Assembly (NCBI GenBank): GCA_002189035.1
Contig: CM007989.1
Coordinates: 2,914,001 to 2,978,000, forward strand
Direction of reading: 5' to 3'
Length of the DNA: 64,000 nt
Source of the DNA: Utricularia gibba
Lineage: Eukaryota; Plantae; Magnoliophyta
The notes beneath the pieces were generated by a model. It ran no database searches. It was given only the letters and a program-made list of their open reading frames with translations, and was not told where the DNA came from. A program made the position numbers and the translations under genes. This document shows, one piece after another, positions 24,722 through 37,542 of the stretch. Numbering within the stretch: position 1 is the first letter of the stretch; every line of letters starts with the position of its first letter.

Positions 24722-26698
24722 CTATGTATCCACATCCTCTTGGATCTGTCCCTCTGCATCACACAACATAACCAACTTCAGTAAAGGCAAAAGCCATCTT
24801 CAGTAAAGACAAAAGCCATCCTGTAAATCTATCTATACACACAAGAACTGGGAGGACACACACACACACCTGCAAGATTCACAGCCAAGTTTGCCTGAGC
24901 ATCGGCCTCGGAGTTCAAGTCCTTGAACAAATTAAAATGATGGTCCTGGTGAGTGAGGATGGATGCATGTATTGTGGATTCACTTTTTTACTTACCCGCA
25001 GAACGTGAACAATTTGGAATGAGAGAAACTTGTCCATGAGTTTCTTAGCCTCACCGTACAACTCTGTCATGTTTTGGTTCTTGACCTTCCATAGTCCCTG
25101 AACCTGCAAACAAGTGCTCGACAGATGATGCTTATGAAGCGATGGAAGGAGCATACCATGAAAGCATACAGTCAAACGTGTGTACCTGCATGCAAACAAG
25201 CTTTGAATCACCTCGAACTCGAATATCTGTGAAACCCTTTCCAAGAGCGCATTTAAGCCCCAGTATGAAAGCACGATATTCGGCAACATTACATGTAGCA
25301 ATGCCTAAGCCTTGTCTCAATCTACATATCTAGCAAGCAAAAAAGTTGGCAAGAATATCACTAACAACACACACACAGAACTTCAAAAGGTGTATGCTCA
25401 CCATGTTTCCATCATCAGATCGTAGAATAGCTCCAGCACCTGCTTGACCTGGATTTCCCCTAGAAGCACCATCGAATTCAAGAGTGCAAGATTGCTGTCA
25501 CCAATGGGTATACAGTGTATTAGAATCACCGAAGTGGAACTAACAGAAACACTTCAGAAGTGGTTTAAAGTACATAGAGTTTTACTCCTTAGGGCACTGT
25601 ATTTCTAGGATATGAACTACCCAAACAAGGCTAACTCACACAAGCTGATTTACTCCGGTCAAGGCTAGGAGGTTCTAACTTGAAATGCTTTTGGATGACG
25701 TCATTTGAAGCTACCACAGGCCCAACCTGTAAAGCATGAAAAAAATGAGGGGAATGGAGTTTCATTGTACATCATACAGAAAATAGACCAAATAGTACAA
25801 AAAAAATATAGAGGTTGAAACCCTAGATTACCCCGTACTCGGATGAAATAGATGCTTGTGACCTCTTCTTTGATACAGGCTCATTGGATACTTCCTCTTT
25901 AGAGGAAGATGGCTGCAGCGCTAAAATTTAGCTGCTTGTAAGCTCAAAAGGCAAGTAACTAATCAAAAAGACAACTCCATGACTATAAACCTTATATGGC
26001 AGATCAGTTTTGAGAAACTAGAGAAATGACAAATTGAATTACCAGAAAAAAAAAAGAGAATCATAATACAAAGATAGACAGACCTGACAGGGACATGAAA
26101 CTAAAGTGCCGAATAGTCCTTCTGTGATATCAGAAGCTCTGATGGAGTAAAGAGCATTCTTAAGTCCACAAGACGTAAGATACTTCTCAGTATCCTTAGG
26201 CATTGTGTAACCCTTGTACACACTCACAGGAGGGTCACATATCTGAAACGACAACAAAGAAACAATTCAATGGAAAATTAACAAGTGCGCAGACTAAGGA
26301 AGGCCACAGAATGCGAATGGCGTAGAAATGAAGTTTAAAACAAATGCTTCAAAGATGCACACTACCGAGTTTCCAACTTGTGATTGGCAGTCACTTAAGC
26401 TTTTGTATACTCCGATAAGATCCCCTTTACGAACGACAAAAAATGCTTCTTTGTCACCCTTCATCACGGGGTCAGATTCTAGCTTTCGCTTACGGGAACT
26501 ACCCCCACCTGACTTCTTTGATGAAAAGCACCGGAACTGCAATCTTGGAAATAAAAGCTCAGAGCTTGTTGCTCTAGCATTCAATATTTGGAAATTTGCG
26601 CTCCATGAAGGCACCAATGTTTCATAAGATACGCTCTTCGTGATACAAAGGCAATTCTTCGACAATGCAGAAGAAAGTCCACGAAAAACTCCAATCAT
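24722..26698 (-). CDS. Ribonuclease H1 (N-terminal hybrid-binding domain plus RNase H domain), probably organellar
   Basis: Hybrid-binding domain AFFVVRKGDLIGVYKSLSDCQSQVG and ICDPPVSVYKG. Catalytic LEFDGASRGNPGQAGAGA, TCNVAEYRA, VRGDSKLVCMQ, LNSEADAQAN. Last exon EGQIQEDVDT*. Confidence 0.92.
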
Positions 26699-27353
26699 TA
26701 CAAGTTGAAAACGTCAAAATCCTGCAACTCCCTGCAAAGAAAATCCACTATGCTGATGAGCCCATATGAGACTCGTTTAAATTTAGTTCAAACAATCAAC
26801 CAAAAGTGTCAAGACTCAGTTACAGAAAAGCATGAGTTGAGAGTTCCCATGGAATTTCATATATACATTTGCTCCAGAGTTCAGCATACAATATATCCCC
26901 CATCATCATAAACCCTACCAAATAATCACTAACAGAATCGAGCCCCATGAATTCAGTGCAACACCCAGAAAGAGCGATTGTATTGCAGCCCTATCACGTA
27001 GCAAGGCTGAAGCAACTCAGATTAGAAAGACTGGCAAACCTCAGCCTTAATGCAGGAAATTTGCAAATCCCCTCACAGCTAAATCATCCTTTTGGGCTTC
27101 TAGGGTATACGCCAATAGTGAATACCAGAACCGGTCATGTATTTTCCGGGTTAAATTCCGGTTCAACTTGTCAAGCTGAAAGGAGACGGTTTTTTCATTT
27201 GTCTGTCTATGGCGGTTCAAGAGAAAGATTCCTTTTTTATGGGAATGGAGTGCGGTAAAAAAATCTATCGGGAACTGTAAATTGTGGAATGGGATAAGCA
27301 TGAGCTGACACGTTAAGGAAGTACCCACTGCTTACTCGCGCTTGAATCGAGTG

Positions 27354-30300
27354 ATGTCTCTCCAGATTTCAGTTCTACGTCGGAAACTTAATCGCTGCTT
27401 CCGGTGGAGGGAGTTTTCATCAAATGCAGGGAAATCGAACGGTGGAAGGATTGAGAAGATTTTGATTGCGAATAGAGGGGAAATAGCGTGCAGGATCATT
27501 CGGACCGCGAAGAGATTGGGAATCCAGACGGTTGCTGTGTACAGCGACGCCGATGAGAGGAGCTTGCATGTTCGGGTGGCTGATGAAGCTGTCCGCATTG
27601 GACCACCACCAGCGCGGCTCAGTTACTTGAATGCTCCGGCGATTTTAGAGGCGGCTTCCAGAACGGGTGCTCAGGTTATTATATATATTGAGTGCTAGAA
27701 TTGAAATGTATACTCTGTTTTCATTCGGGGGAGATGCTTAGAAAATGATGGGAAAGAACTCAAATTAAGGGAGTCAGCTCTCCATAAAAGTTTCATTCTT
27801 TCTACTTTTCAATTTATGGCTGGCGAATGAGGCACAGTTTCAGACTGCGGTATGTTCTTTGTGATGCTTAGGCTATCCACCCAGGTTACGGTTTCTTATC
27901 AGAGAGCGCTGACTTTGCTCAACTTTGTGAAGATGGCGGTTTTACTTTTGTTGGACCTCCTGCATCTGCAATTCGTGACATGGGTGATAAAAGGTATAAT
28001 GTCAGTTACGCTAGTGAACCTATTCAACAGACAAAGAAAGCCTTTGGTTCTCATGGATCTCAGGATCACTTTCAACTGCTACATCGCTCTCATTTTTATT
28101 CACTATTCTGTGCTAGTGCTTCAAAGAGAATAATGGGGGCAGCTGGAGTACCTCTTGTCCCTGGATATCATGGTGATGAGCAAGATGTTGACTTCATGAA
28201 GATAGAAGCTGATAAAATTGGATATCCGCTGCTCATTAAGCCAACTCATGGTGGTGGTGGGAAGGTCCGAGTTTGGTGTTTTGGTCCTCAAGTCGAGGGT
28301 TGAGTTTGAGACTAGTGTATCTGTCTGAGTCGCTCCTCTAAATTGAGTAGTTTATCATTATTTTGTATCTTATTCAGGGCATGAGGATTGTGGAGAAATC
28401 TGATGATTTTGTGGACTCATTTCTTGGAGCACAACGTGAGGCTGCTGCATCTTTTGGAATAAACACTATCCTTCTTGAGAAATACATCACAAAGCCCCGG
28501 CACATAGAAGTCCAGGTAGTCTTTGACATCAGACATGTGTGATATCTTTTCATTCCTCTAGGAACATTTGGCTGTCCTTATCCACTTTTTTGAACGACAT
28601 ATTTCTATAGTTTTTTGCTGATGTTGGAAGGTGTACAGGAGGAATGAATTATATTACATGGCATGCTTTTTAGAACAAGACGGTGAGAATCTTACTCCAG
28701 TTTAGATTTTTGGGGACAGGCATGGAAATGTTATACATCTAAATGAAAGAGATTGCAGTGTTCAGAGGAGACACCAGAAGATTATTGAAGAAGCTCCTGC
28801 TGTATGTATATCTATTCGTGCCTCATTTTCTAATGTTTTTCTTTAGTTGACTACTGCATGGTTATCATGTTTTGCTTACAGCCAAATATCAGCAATGAAT
28901 TTCGGTCTCACCTGGGTGAAGCTGCTGTATCTGCTGCAAAGGTGATTGGTCAGCATTATGCTTAAATTCTTCTGATATGGAGGGTGAGTTGATGTTGTCG
29001 ATTGTTGTAGGCTGTCAACTATCACAATGCAGGCACTGTTGAGTTTATTGTTGATACTCTTTCTGGGCAGTTCTATTTTATGGAGATGAATACTCGTCTT
29101 CAGGTAGTTAGCTGGGAGTTCCTTTCTATCAATTATGTGCATCCTTCTGATAGGGGGAAATAAACGTGGTCTTTCTTTTAGGTTGAACATCCCGTCACTG
29201 AGATGATTGTTGGCCAGGACCTTGTGGAGTGGCAAATACGTGTTGCTAATGGTGAGCCTCTTTCACTCAGTCAATCACAGGTTCCCCTGTCAGGTAAACT
29301 TACTTATCCAAACGAGTGTTGAATATTACCTTGTTTAAGTCTATTGAATTTGATTCACTGCTCAACAAGTCAACTTTTGTTGAATGGTGGCATCAGTTAC
29401 TACATTTAAATTCGATGCTTCATGGCAGGGCATGCTTTTGAGGCCCGCATCTATGCTGAAAATGTCACAAAGGGGTTTCTTCCAGCAACTGGAATTCTTC
29501 ATCATTATCGTCCTGTTCAAGTTTCATCAGAAGGTAAACTATTAAAATCGTTACTTGATAAAGGTGATAAAAATAAGGTAGCCATTCAGATAATTGGGTG
29601 AAGTTGTTGCTCTTACATCCGGGCTTGCGGGTAGTCTCCAACATTTTTTTATTGCATCATACCTCATTGGTGGAAGTCGGAATTCGCGAGTGTGAATCTA
29701 TCTTCAATCATCAGTTAGGGTTGAGACTGGGGTTGAGCAAGGAGACACGGTTAGCATGCATTATGACCCAATGATAGCCAAACTCATAGTGTGGGGAGAA
29801 GATAGAACTAGTGCATTGATCAAATTGAAGGACTGTCTTGCCAAGTTCCAGGTAATTTATGGCATCATGTTTCCTTCCAATGTACAACCTTAGGTTTGTT
29901 TGGTGTGATAAACCTGCAGGTTGCTGGTTTACCAAACAACATAGATTTTCTCTTAAAGCTTGCCAACCATCGCACATTTTTGAAAGGAGATGTAGAGACA
30001 CATTTCATTGAACTGCATAAGAAAGATCTATTCGGTGATCCCAATGACCCGGTATCAACAAGTCAAGTGTTCAGCACTGCTGTACAAGGTGCATCCATTG
30101 CAGCTGCTTGTATATGTGAAAAGGAGCAGGCAGCAATGAAGAAGAATCACCGTGGTGAATTGAGGTTTTATTTTCCACATGCTAATTTTTTAGATGATTC
30201 TGTACAACAAAATCCTTTAATCCATCACAGGTATCATGCCCATATGGTACTCTAATCCTCCTTTCCGAGTCAATCATTTGGCCAAGTGTACAGTAGAAAT

Positions 30301-31263
30301 CGAGTGGGAAGATGAATCTGGGAAGGCTTCCCCTAATGTGTTTCCAGTGCATGTAACTTATTTGCCTCAAGGGAGATATTTAATTGAGGTCATCTTCACA
30401 GTTTCTCTGTTAATGAAATTCTTCTTCTGATGACCTTCTTGTATTATATCTTACACTACATGAATTTGGCCTCTGCAGAGCAACTGTGACGGCACTCCCC
30501 AACTTGAGATGACTGTATTTCACTTGGGAGGCGAAGATTTTAGAGTCGAATATGGCGGTGTCAGCATGACAGTCACCATGTTTGTTCATGAGAAGGTACT
30601 CGTGATAATTTTCTATCATGGTTCTTTTGCCCTGCTGTTTCATCATGCTCCCCAAATTTACAGTGTCGAAGTCTTACTCGGAATGCAGTATCTGTCACAT
30701 TTCTTTGTTTTATGGTCCCTGCATACATGACAGGACCAAATGGAGCATATTCACCTTTGGCATGGATCACGTCATCATCGTTTTAGGAGGAGGAAGGGGC
30801 GTGATCTCGATGATGTCAGCGAATATGCACATCACAAGCCGGCTTTTGAGGCATCCTCACATCCACCCGGGACTGTTTTGGCTCCGATGGCTGGCTTAGT
30901 TGTTAAGGTCCTTGTGAAGGACGGAGCTAAAGTTGCAGAAGGTCAACCCGTGTTGGTTTTGGAAGCCATGAAAATGGAGGTCTGCACAATTCTTAACTTA
31001 AGCATGTATCTGGGGCTCCAGCCATCTTCAGTCACTACATGTTTAATTTGCCCTTGTTTTCTGGCTACCTTCTATCTGCAGCATATCGTCAAGGCAACTG
31101 CTACTGGTCAGATACACGGACTACGAGTCACTCCTGGCCAACAACTCCCTGTGGACGCTGTTCTCTTCTCCGTTAAGGTACAGATTCTCATACTATGTGA
31201 CAATGCTCAATCAAAATTCACCTTAGGATTTATACTTGATCTTCCTTGCACCAGGTTGAGTGA
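27354..31263 (+). CDS. MCCA: 3-methylcrotonyl-CoA carboxylase alpha (biotinylated) subunit, mitochondrial, 16 exons
   Basis: Motifs [81 protein letters not shown] and the biotin site LEAMKME. All exons in phase. Confidence 0.95.
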
Positions 31264-31496
31264 TTCTTGAAAAGCTTTCGAACTGGCCATCTGGGTGTGA
31301 CGGAACATCATACGGCATACCAAATGTAGATTTGTGTCGTGTCACGAGAACAAAGAGCAGACTATATAAGAGCGTTCTTTCTCAACTTTTCATTTTCGGA
31401 TGTTAGAATACACCCTACACAGCAACTTAATCATACATCCATCACCGATGCTGCAGCATTGAAATATGGACAGAGAGAGAACACAGCATGCCACGT

Positions 31497-32071
31497 TCAG
31501 GAATCAAAACCAGAGTAGATCCCATTTTCCCTTAGCAATCTCTTCTCTTCTTCAACGTAGTTCTTACCTCGACTCGTTTGTCCAAGATCCCGTTTTCTCT
31601 TCTCCTTCTGCTGAAACGACAGGTTCTTCTTCTGTTTGTTATCATGAACCTGCAAAAGCTCCTCTCCTTGAGCAATAACCCTTGTTCTCTCTCGTTCTTC
31701 ATACGACTCTTCATCATTCGCCTTCGATTCGCTTCCCTTTGACCAACTCCAGTTCTCCTCTTTCTCTTGCTCTCTAGGCGGTGGTACTTTCAGCACCGAC
31801 AATCCTCCTTTGTACCCATGTCGACTCAATGCATCAAAATCTACACTTTTCTTCTTCTTCTTTATGGAATCTGGCGAAAATTCAATGTTCAATCTGTGAG
31901 AAGCACGAATTGTACCGTAAATACGCTCGATTAAGAAAACCAAACCAGTATATCGTGATTTTCACCTTGAGCAGAGACTCCGTCGTCTTCGGAACCCGAA
32001 TCACTGGCCGAAGACGACTTATCATCCCTGTCGCTGTCTCCGCTGCCCCTCCAACGGAATCCCCGTTTCAT
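31497..32071 (-). CDS. Conserved uncharacterised small charged protein (2 exons)
   Basis: Exon 1 MKRGFRWRGSGDSDRDDKSSSASDSGSEDDGVSAQ splices to DSIKKKKKSVDFDALSRHGYKGGLSVLKVPPP...ESYEERERTR...SFQQKEKRKRDLGQTSRGKNYVEEEKRLLRENGIYSGFDS*. I recall these motifs from plant hypothetical proteins. Confidence 0.75.
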
Positions 32072-32446
32072 ATCAGCAGCCACTCAGCGAAGCTGAATTG
32101 GGTGGGATTTTAGGGTACAAAAATGGGATACACCGATACCCGATAAGCATTTACAATTTGCTTTTTTCCTTTCACTGGGCGGTTAATTATCGTTACTGTT
32201 GACATAAATAGCTATTCACTGAGGGCATTTCTGTCAGTCCACTCTCACAAAGAAAAGAAACGTTGTGTAATAAAATAAAATTTGTGCAAGCACGATCTCA
32301 GATTTATCTGCGTTCTGTTAAGTTTTTGTTCATGAAAACAGGAATTGACTGTTTTGCCCACGTATAGGGAATCCCGATATTATTTAAACCAATATTATCT
32401 TCCATTAATTATCCTTCGTTCATATATTCACAGTGTTTTATTTCAA

Positions 32447-34051
32447 TCAAACGCTAATCTCAGGAAGAGTTCCCTTTTCCAGATGTGCCTCTCCGCCGCC
32501 GATCTTCCCTAGCAGCGGTCCCAAATCTCTCTTATGCACCTGCATTTTCAGCCCATTCTTCATGAACAACGTCAACGACATCTTCTGCTCCACCTTATGC
32601 CCCGCCGCCACAACAAGGCGGTGCCGGAGAAGCACCGCGGCAGCAATTGATTTCATCTGCAGGTATGCTAAGTCTTTCCCCAAACATATCCTCGGTCCGG
32701 CGTTGAACGCCACGAATTGGAACTGATCCTTCGCCTGAAACTTCTTTCCGTCTTCAGAAAGCCATCTCTCTGGCTTGAATTCGAGGCAATCTTCTCCCCA
32801 AATGAATTTCATTCTTCCGCTGGAATAAATCGAGTATGTGATGTTAGATCCCGCCGGAACGAAAGTACCGTCCGGCAATACATCATCGGAGACTACGTAT
32901 TTCGAATCCTCCGGTACAGAGGGGTACAGTCGGAGAGTCTCAGATAGCGCTGCTTTGAGATAAATCAGGCGATCTACTTCCTCGAAAACCAGGGGCGATT
33001 CGATCCAACTTTTGATGTCGCCGCCTCGTGTCTCTAATAAAATTGAGCAAATCTCGAGCAATATCTTCTCCTCAATTTCCGGATTCAGACTTACCAACCA
33101 GAAAAACCAGCTGAGCGCCACCGATGAGGTGTCCCTTCCGGCGAGGATGAAATTCAGAGTGACGTGTTGGAGGAATTCGTTGGTGTAGGTTTCCTTTTTC
33201 TTCATGAACCTGGATAGCAAATCATCGTGCTGGCCATCGTTGCGGAGCTCTAGTTTACGAGTGTTGATCACATTCATCATGTAGTTGTCGACATTGTTTA
33301 AGCTATGGTTTAGATTCTGCTCCATCCCTAGACGAAGCCATTTCTTGAACTTCCAGATGAACTCCGGGAGAATAAACCGCTGCAAAGTCGCCTCCGTCGC
33401 GCTGTCGAACGACGTGGCAAAGACATTCTCCGGTAGACCAGGAGCCAGCGTCTGCGGATCTTTCCCGAACGCCAGCCCGCATATATTATCAAAAGTGAGC
33501 CGGAGAAGGAGATCCTGAACGTCAACAGCCTCTCCATTGGCCTCCGCCGCCCTAAGAATCGGACACAGCCGGTTCTCAATGGCGCGTGTCACCCACCTCG
33601 ACATCGCTTGCCGCAGCGTCCGCGTCGTGAATTCCAACGCAGCCGTTTTCCTCTGGAACAGCCACGTGTCCCCATCGGAGTTGAAAATCCCCTTACCCAA
33701 TAGATCGTGGAATACAGCCTGCCAAGTGGGGCCCTTGGGGTAGTTATCGAACTTAACCTTGAGAATGTGCTCTAAATTTTTCGGATCGCACGTGACCGTC
33801 ACGAGACCGCCCTTCCGAGCCAAGAACGGAATCGCCAATATACAAGTCTGGTAAGTTCCCCCGGAGGCTCGGAGATTGTCCGCGATCCAGTCGTGCATAC
33901 GGTGGGCGTTGGCGATCACCCCCGGCAAGCTCCCAACCACTGGCCACATTTTCGGACCCTTGGACACCCTCAGTGACCCCGTCAGCAATCTGAACCACAC
34001 ATAATACCCAGCCAGAAATGCTAGAATTATCGCCGCCGTGGATATATCCAT
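32447..34051 (-). CDS. Cytochrome P450 CYP86A fatty-acid omega-hydroxylase (intronless, 534 aa)
   Basis: CYP86A signatures [73 protein letters not shown], and the heme motif [10 protein letters not shown]. Confidence 0.96.
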   Translation of the reverse strand: MDISTAAIILAFLAGYYVWFRLLTGSLRVSKGPKMWPVVGSLPGVIANAHRMHDWIADNLRASGGTYQTCILAIPFLARKGGLVTVTCDPKNLEHILKVKFDNYPKGPTWQAVFHDLLGKGIFNSDGDTWLFQRKTAALEFTTRTLRQAMSRWVTRAIENRLCPILRAAEANGEAVDVQDLLLRLTFDNICGLAFGKDPQTLAPGLPENVFATSFDSATEATLQRFILPEFIWKFKKWLRLGMEQNLNHSLNNVDNYMMNVINTRKLELRNDGQHDDLLSRFMKKKETYTNEFLQHVTLNFILAGRDTSSVALSWFFWLVSLNPEIEEKILLEICSILLETRGGDIKSWIESPLVFEEVDRLIYLKAALSETLRLYPSVPEDSKYVVSDDVLPDGTFVPAGSNITYSIYSSGRMKFIWGEDCLEFKPERWLSEDGKKFQAKDQFQFVAFNAGPRICLGKDLAYLQMKSIAAAVLLRHRLVVAAGHKVEQKMSLTLFMKNGLKMQVHKRDLGPLLGKIGGGEAHLEKGTLPEISV

Positions 34052-34610
34052 CCACCCCTTCTACAAAACCGAACACAATGAGTCGCTAAAAATGCCAAAT
34101 TCCAGAACCAGAACCCAATTCAGATCGCATTAAACACTTCTGTACCTGGAAAACACAAGTGCTGCAGATCAGGATTGGAAGAGCCCTCCCCCGCAAGAAA
34201 AACAGACAAAAAAGCGAGGTGAGGTGCCACAGGGGGTGGGAGGTTTTGGGAGGAGGTGTTGAGTGAGGAAGAGGATGAAATAAAGTGATTTATAGAGAAA
34301 TAAAGGGGGTGGCAATAAATATGGGTAGTAACCACACACACTAGCGGGGAGTTTTCTTCACACTATGTGTGTGTGTGTGTGTTGTGTTATATAGACAGAC
34401 GTTGTATCTATATCTGATAATGCAGTGCATGATGAAGCAAGCAAGGCTTTTAAAGCAGGAGCATTGAATGCCAGCATAGGGCGTTGGACCAGCAGTCCCG
34501 GATGGCATTATTAAGTAGCCGACCGAGACCCAGCCCTCGGTGTAGATTCCGTTTACGGTGGCCGTTAATCAATGGGCTGCTGATTTAGGAATCGCTTCTT
34601 TTCTTCTTCT

Positions 34611-34628
34611 CCTCCTCCTCCTCCTCCT
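34611..34628 (+). repeat. (CCT)6 microsatellite upstream of CYP86A
   Basis: Read directly from the sequence. Confidence 0.9.
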
Positions 34629-35071
34629 ACACCCCTGGCCTGTATATCAATAATGAACTTGTCTGGAGGTATTTCCAAACCTTCTACGTACAACTAATCC
34701 CAATTCACAGATGTGCTCACCCTATCATCGGCAATGCAATGAAATAATGGCGTCGGGAGGACGAATACGGAAGGAATCGGGGGGGCGAGATGTGCAGAAG
34801 CCTGTGTGCGGTTTCGGAAATGAGACCATCCTAGGGTTAGTTCTCCTGCAACAGGATGGGCCCGGACTACCCATAAACTTCGGTGAGATCATAGCCCGCG
34901 CCAGGGGAGATATGCCGGAAACCATCTCCGGTAACTATGCTAGCCTTCAATTCCTCTTTCAGAAAAAAATAAAAAAACCATATCTTTAGGGAAAAAAGGG
35001 GGTTCACCTAATCCGTTATACTGACGCATTGAATGTTAATAGAAAGGAGTAAATGAGTTTAGTTGAGGGCG

Positions 35072-35089
35072 CATGCATGCACGTGCATG
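35072..35089. promoter_or_regulatory. Adjacent RY element (CATGCATG) and G-box (CACGTG) between divergent CYP86A and FAP1
   Basis: Sequence gCATGCATGCACGTGCATGg. Motif match only. Confidence 0.45.
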
Positions 35090-35986
35090 GATGCTTCTCT
35101 ACAGAGCCCCCCACCTTCTCCACCTCACAATCCTTCGCCCATATTTTCATACAAGTAATTTCTTTTATTACCCAAAAACAGTATTAATTAATAATCGGAC
35201 ATAAATAAAAAGTAAATTAAATTCAAAAAATGGGAGTGGTTTTGGTTGCATGTGAGGAATAGCTAGTCAGTTGGTGCGTCCCCATGGCACCATCAATAGG
35301 CTATTGCGTATCGTACCATGCAATTAGATGATGCCTACCATCATATCCGTACCCACACTATACACAAAAATACCATTAGAAAAATAGAATTTCATATGTT
35401 TATAATAATATTATTAATAATAATGGCTACTCAACTAATCGACTCGTGCTACGTGGACATACGGACGGGAAGGGACCCACAATTATGTGCAAAATGACAA
35501 TATTAATCAATGGCAGGGTTGATAAAAATCAAATGTTATTATTAAATGGGGGTAGTAGCCATGTGTTATTAAAATTATAATTATTAATTGGATATCACTG
35601 AAAAAAAAAAAATAATTTGAATGTTATTTGTTTTTAAATAAGATTTACAATGTAAGAAAAGTGTTGTGGCTGATAAAACTAGTTTTTATCGATGATTCAA
35701 TTTGTTTTTTAGTTTAATTATGGATTTTTTATATTAAGTTGAATAAAAGTATTATAAATTTGAAGTGGATGGGCTTATTTATTGGGTTTTTGTTATTGTT
35801 AGGAAATTGTGGGCCAAAATTGAGGGGAAGGGATATTGGGCTTGCGGAAATGTAGGTGGCCCAATGGGCTCACCACGTGATTTTTTCTGCCTTCCTTTTT
35901 TTTCTTTTTGTTTGAATGGCAATTCTTTCTGCCAGGGGTGAGGAAACTGAGAATCCCCCATTACGATCTTCATTCAACCGAAAAAA

Positions 35987-37125
35987 ATGTCTTCTTTCCG
36001 ATTCCCATTCCCGTTTTCTACGGGCGGTGCCTCATTGGGGAGCTTTCCCGGCGCCGCTGCGGTGGCGCTTTCCGTTGCTGTATCGGCCGCCGCTGCTGGG
36101 GCTGGCGTAGCGGTAATAAGTCGAAACTGCGACGTCCCGTTTCTTCGAAGCTTCCGCAATGTCATGGGCATCGATGGAGGTACCTTGGTTTGGTCTTGTT
36201 TGAAATGCCTGGATTTCCATTGTGTTTCGGTTGTCTCCTGCAGTAATCTGATCAAACTAGGATGCATGCCTGATTTTGTGTCTGGTCAGCACGTTTTCCG
36301 ATGTGGGCTTCCCTTTCTCTGTCGGTAAATTCATCTCCGGTGACCGAGTTCAGTACCGGGACCACATTCCCTGCCGTTGTGAACGACTCCCAACTTCTTC
36401 TCGGAGTTGGGGTCCGGCGAAAAGCCATTTTGGGATTAAAAAACATCGATGTTTACGCCTTCGGTACCATCGCAATACCTTTTGTTAATGATTCCTTCCC
36501 TTTGTAAAATCCGTCCCAATCCCTTTGTGGTCGTTGTTACACAAATGCAGGCGTGTATGCTGATGCTGCAGACTTGGAAAACAATCAGTTGAAGAAGGAT
36601 CTTATTGACAGCAACATAAGAATGACTGTAAGGCTGCAGATTGTTTATAGCAGATTGAGCATCAACTCAGTTAGAAGTGCATTTGAGGGATCTGTAGGCA
36701 GCAGAATTCGAAAATTCAGCGGTTCAGATTCAAAGGGCGACAAAGAATTACTTCAAAGGTAACGTAAACATCCCATTTCTGTTTGCAGATAGAAACTGTG
36801 AAAAGCAATGTACTTGTGCAGGTTTGTATCCCAGTTCAGGGATGAGTACAAGATACCAAGGGGATCCATCATTGACCTGTCAAGGGACAAAGACTATGTT
36901 CTAAGAACATCAAGTGAGAAAGAGATGCACTTTTTAGTTTAATACCTGTGGTACACTCTCTGATGTTGTGTATGTGCACTTGAAGTTGATGGAGTGGAGG
37001 TGGGAAGCATAGAGAGCAAGCTGTTGTGCAAATCGGTGCTAGATTTGTACATCGGAGATGACCCCTTCGATCGGAAAGCCAGAGACGAGGTGGAGAACAC
37101 ACTGTCTCGTTTGCTGAGGGAATGA
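35987..37125 (+). CDS. FAP1: Chalcone-isomerase-fold fatty-acid-binding protein 1
   Basis: Five exons: MSSFRFPFPFS...VSAAAAGAG|...LLGVGVRRKAILGLKNIDVYAF|GVYAD...RLQIVYSRLSINSVRSAFEGSVG|...EYKIPRGSIIDL|...LCKSVLDLYIGDDPFD. Confidence 0.88.
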
Positions 37126-37542
37126 AGGGGAGAGTGAATACTCATGGTTATGCCTTGTCTTCTTCAATGTCCCGAGCATTTTGTATTGCTTCCTTCTTAG
37201 CCTTCAGATGCAGGTGCAAAAAGCTTTGAGTTCATTTTGTGTCACCTGCTCTTCATTGAACCAAGCAATGAGCATCTTCTTTTGTGCAGGTTATGGTTCC
37301 ACAAATTTTGCATGTAACTTTTTAAGCTAATTTTCATATTACAATAAAAATGTAATATATGTATTATGTATATTTATTTTTCTTTTTACCGTTGGAGAAT
37401 GTAGATGGCGAGAGTGGTGACCTGCTGGAACAAAAGATAAGGATATGGTTGCTCTGGAGCACCAGAGTCCACACCCACATACTCACGATGCTCCGGCGAC
37501 CTCACTGGTAGCTGTCCACTGGTTCCTCCTCTCGATACATCA

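Noticed and set aside
24779-24822. 22-bp tandem repeat (cagtaaaggcaaaagccatctt x2)
   Set aside because: It lies in the last intron of the RNase H1 gene. A simple slippage duplication with no evident consequence.
32717-34076. Antisense ORFs over CYP86A (similar ones lie over CHX, VTE3 and the second P450)
   Set aside because: Expected shadow ORFs of long, GC-richer coding exons, with no independent coding signal.
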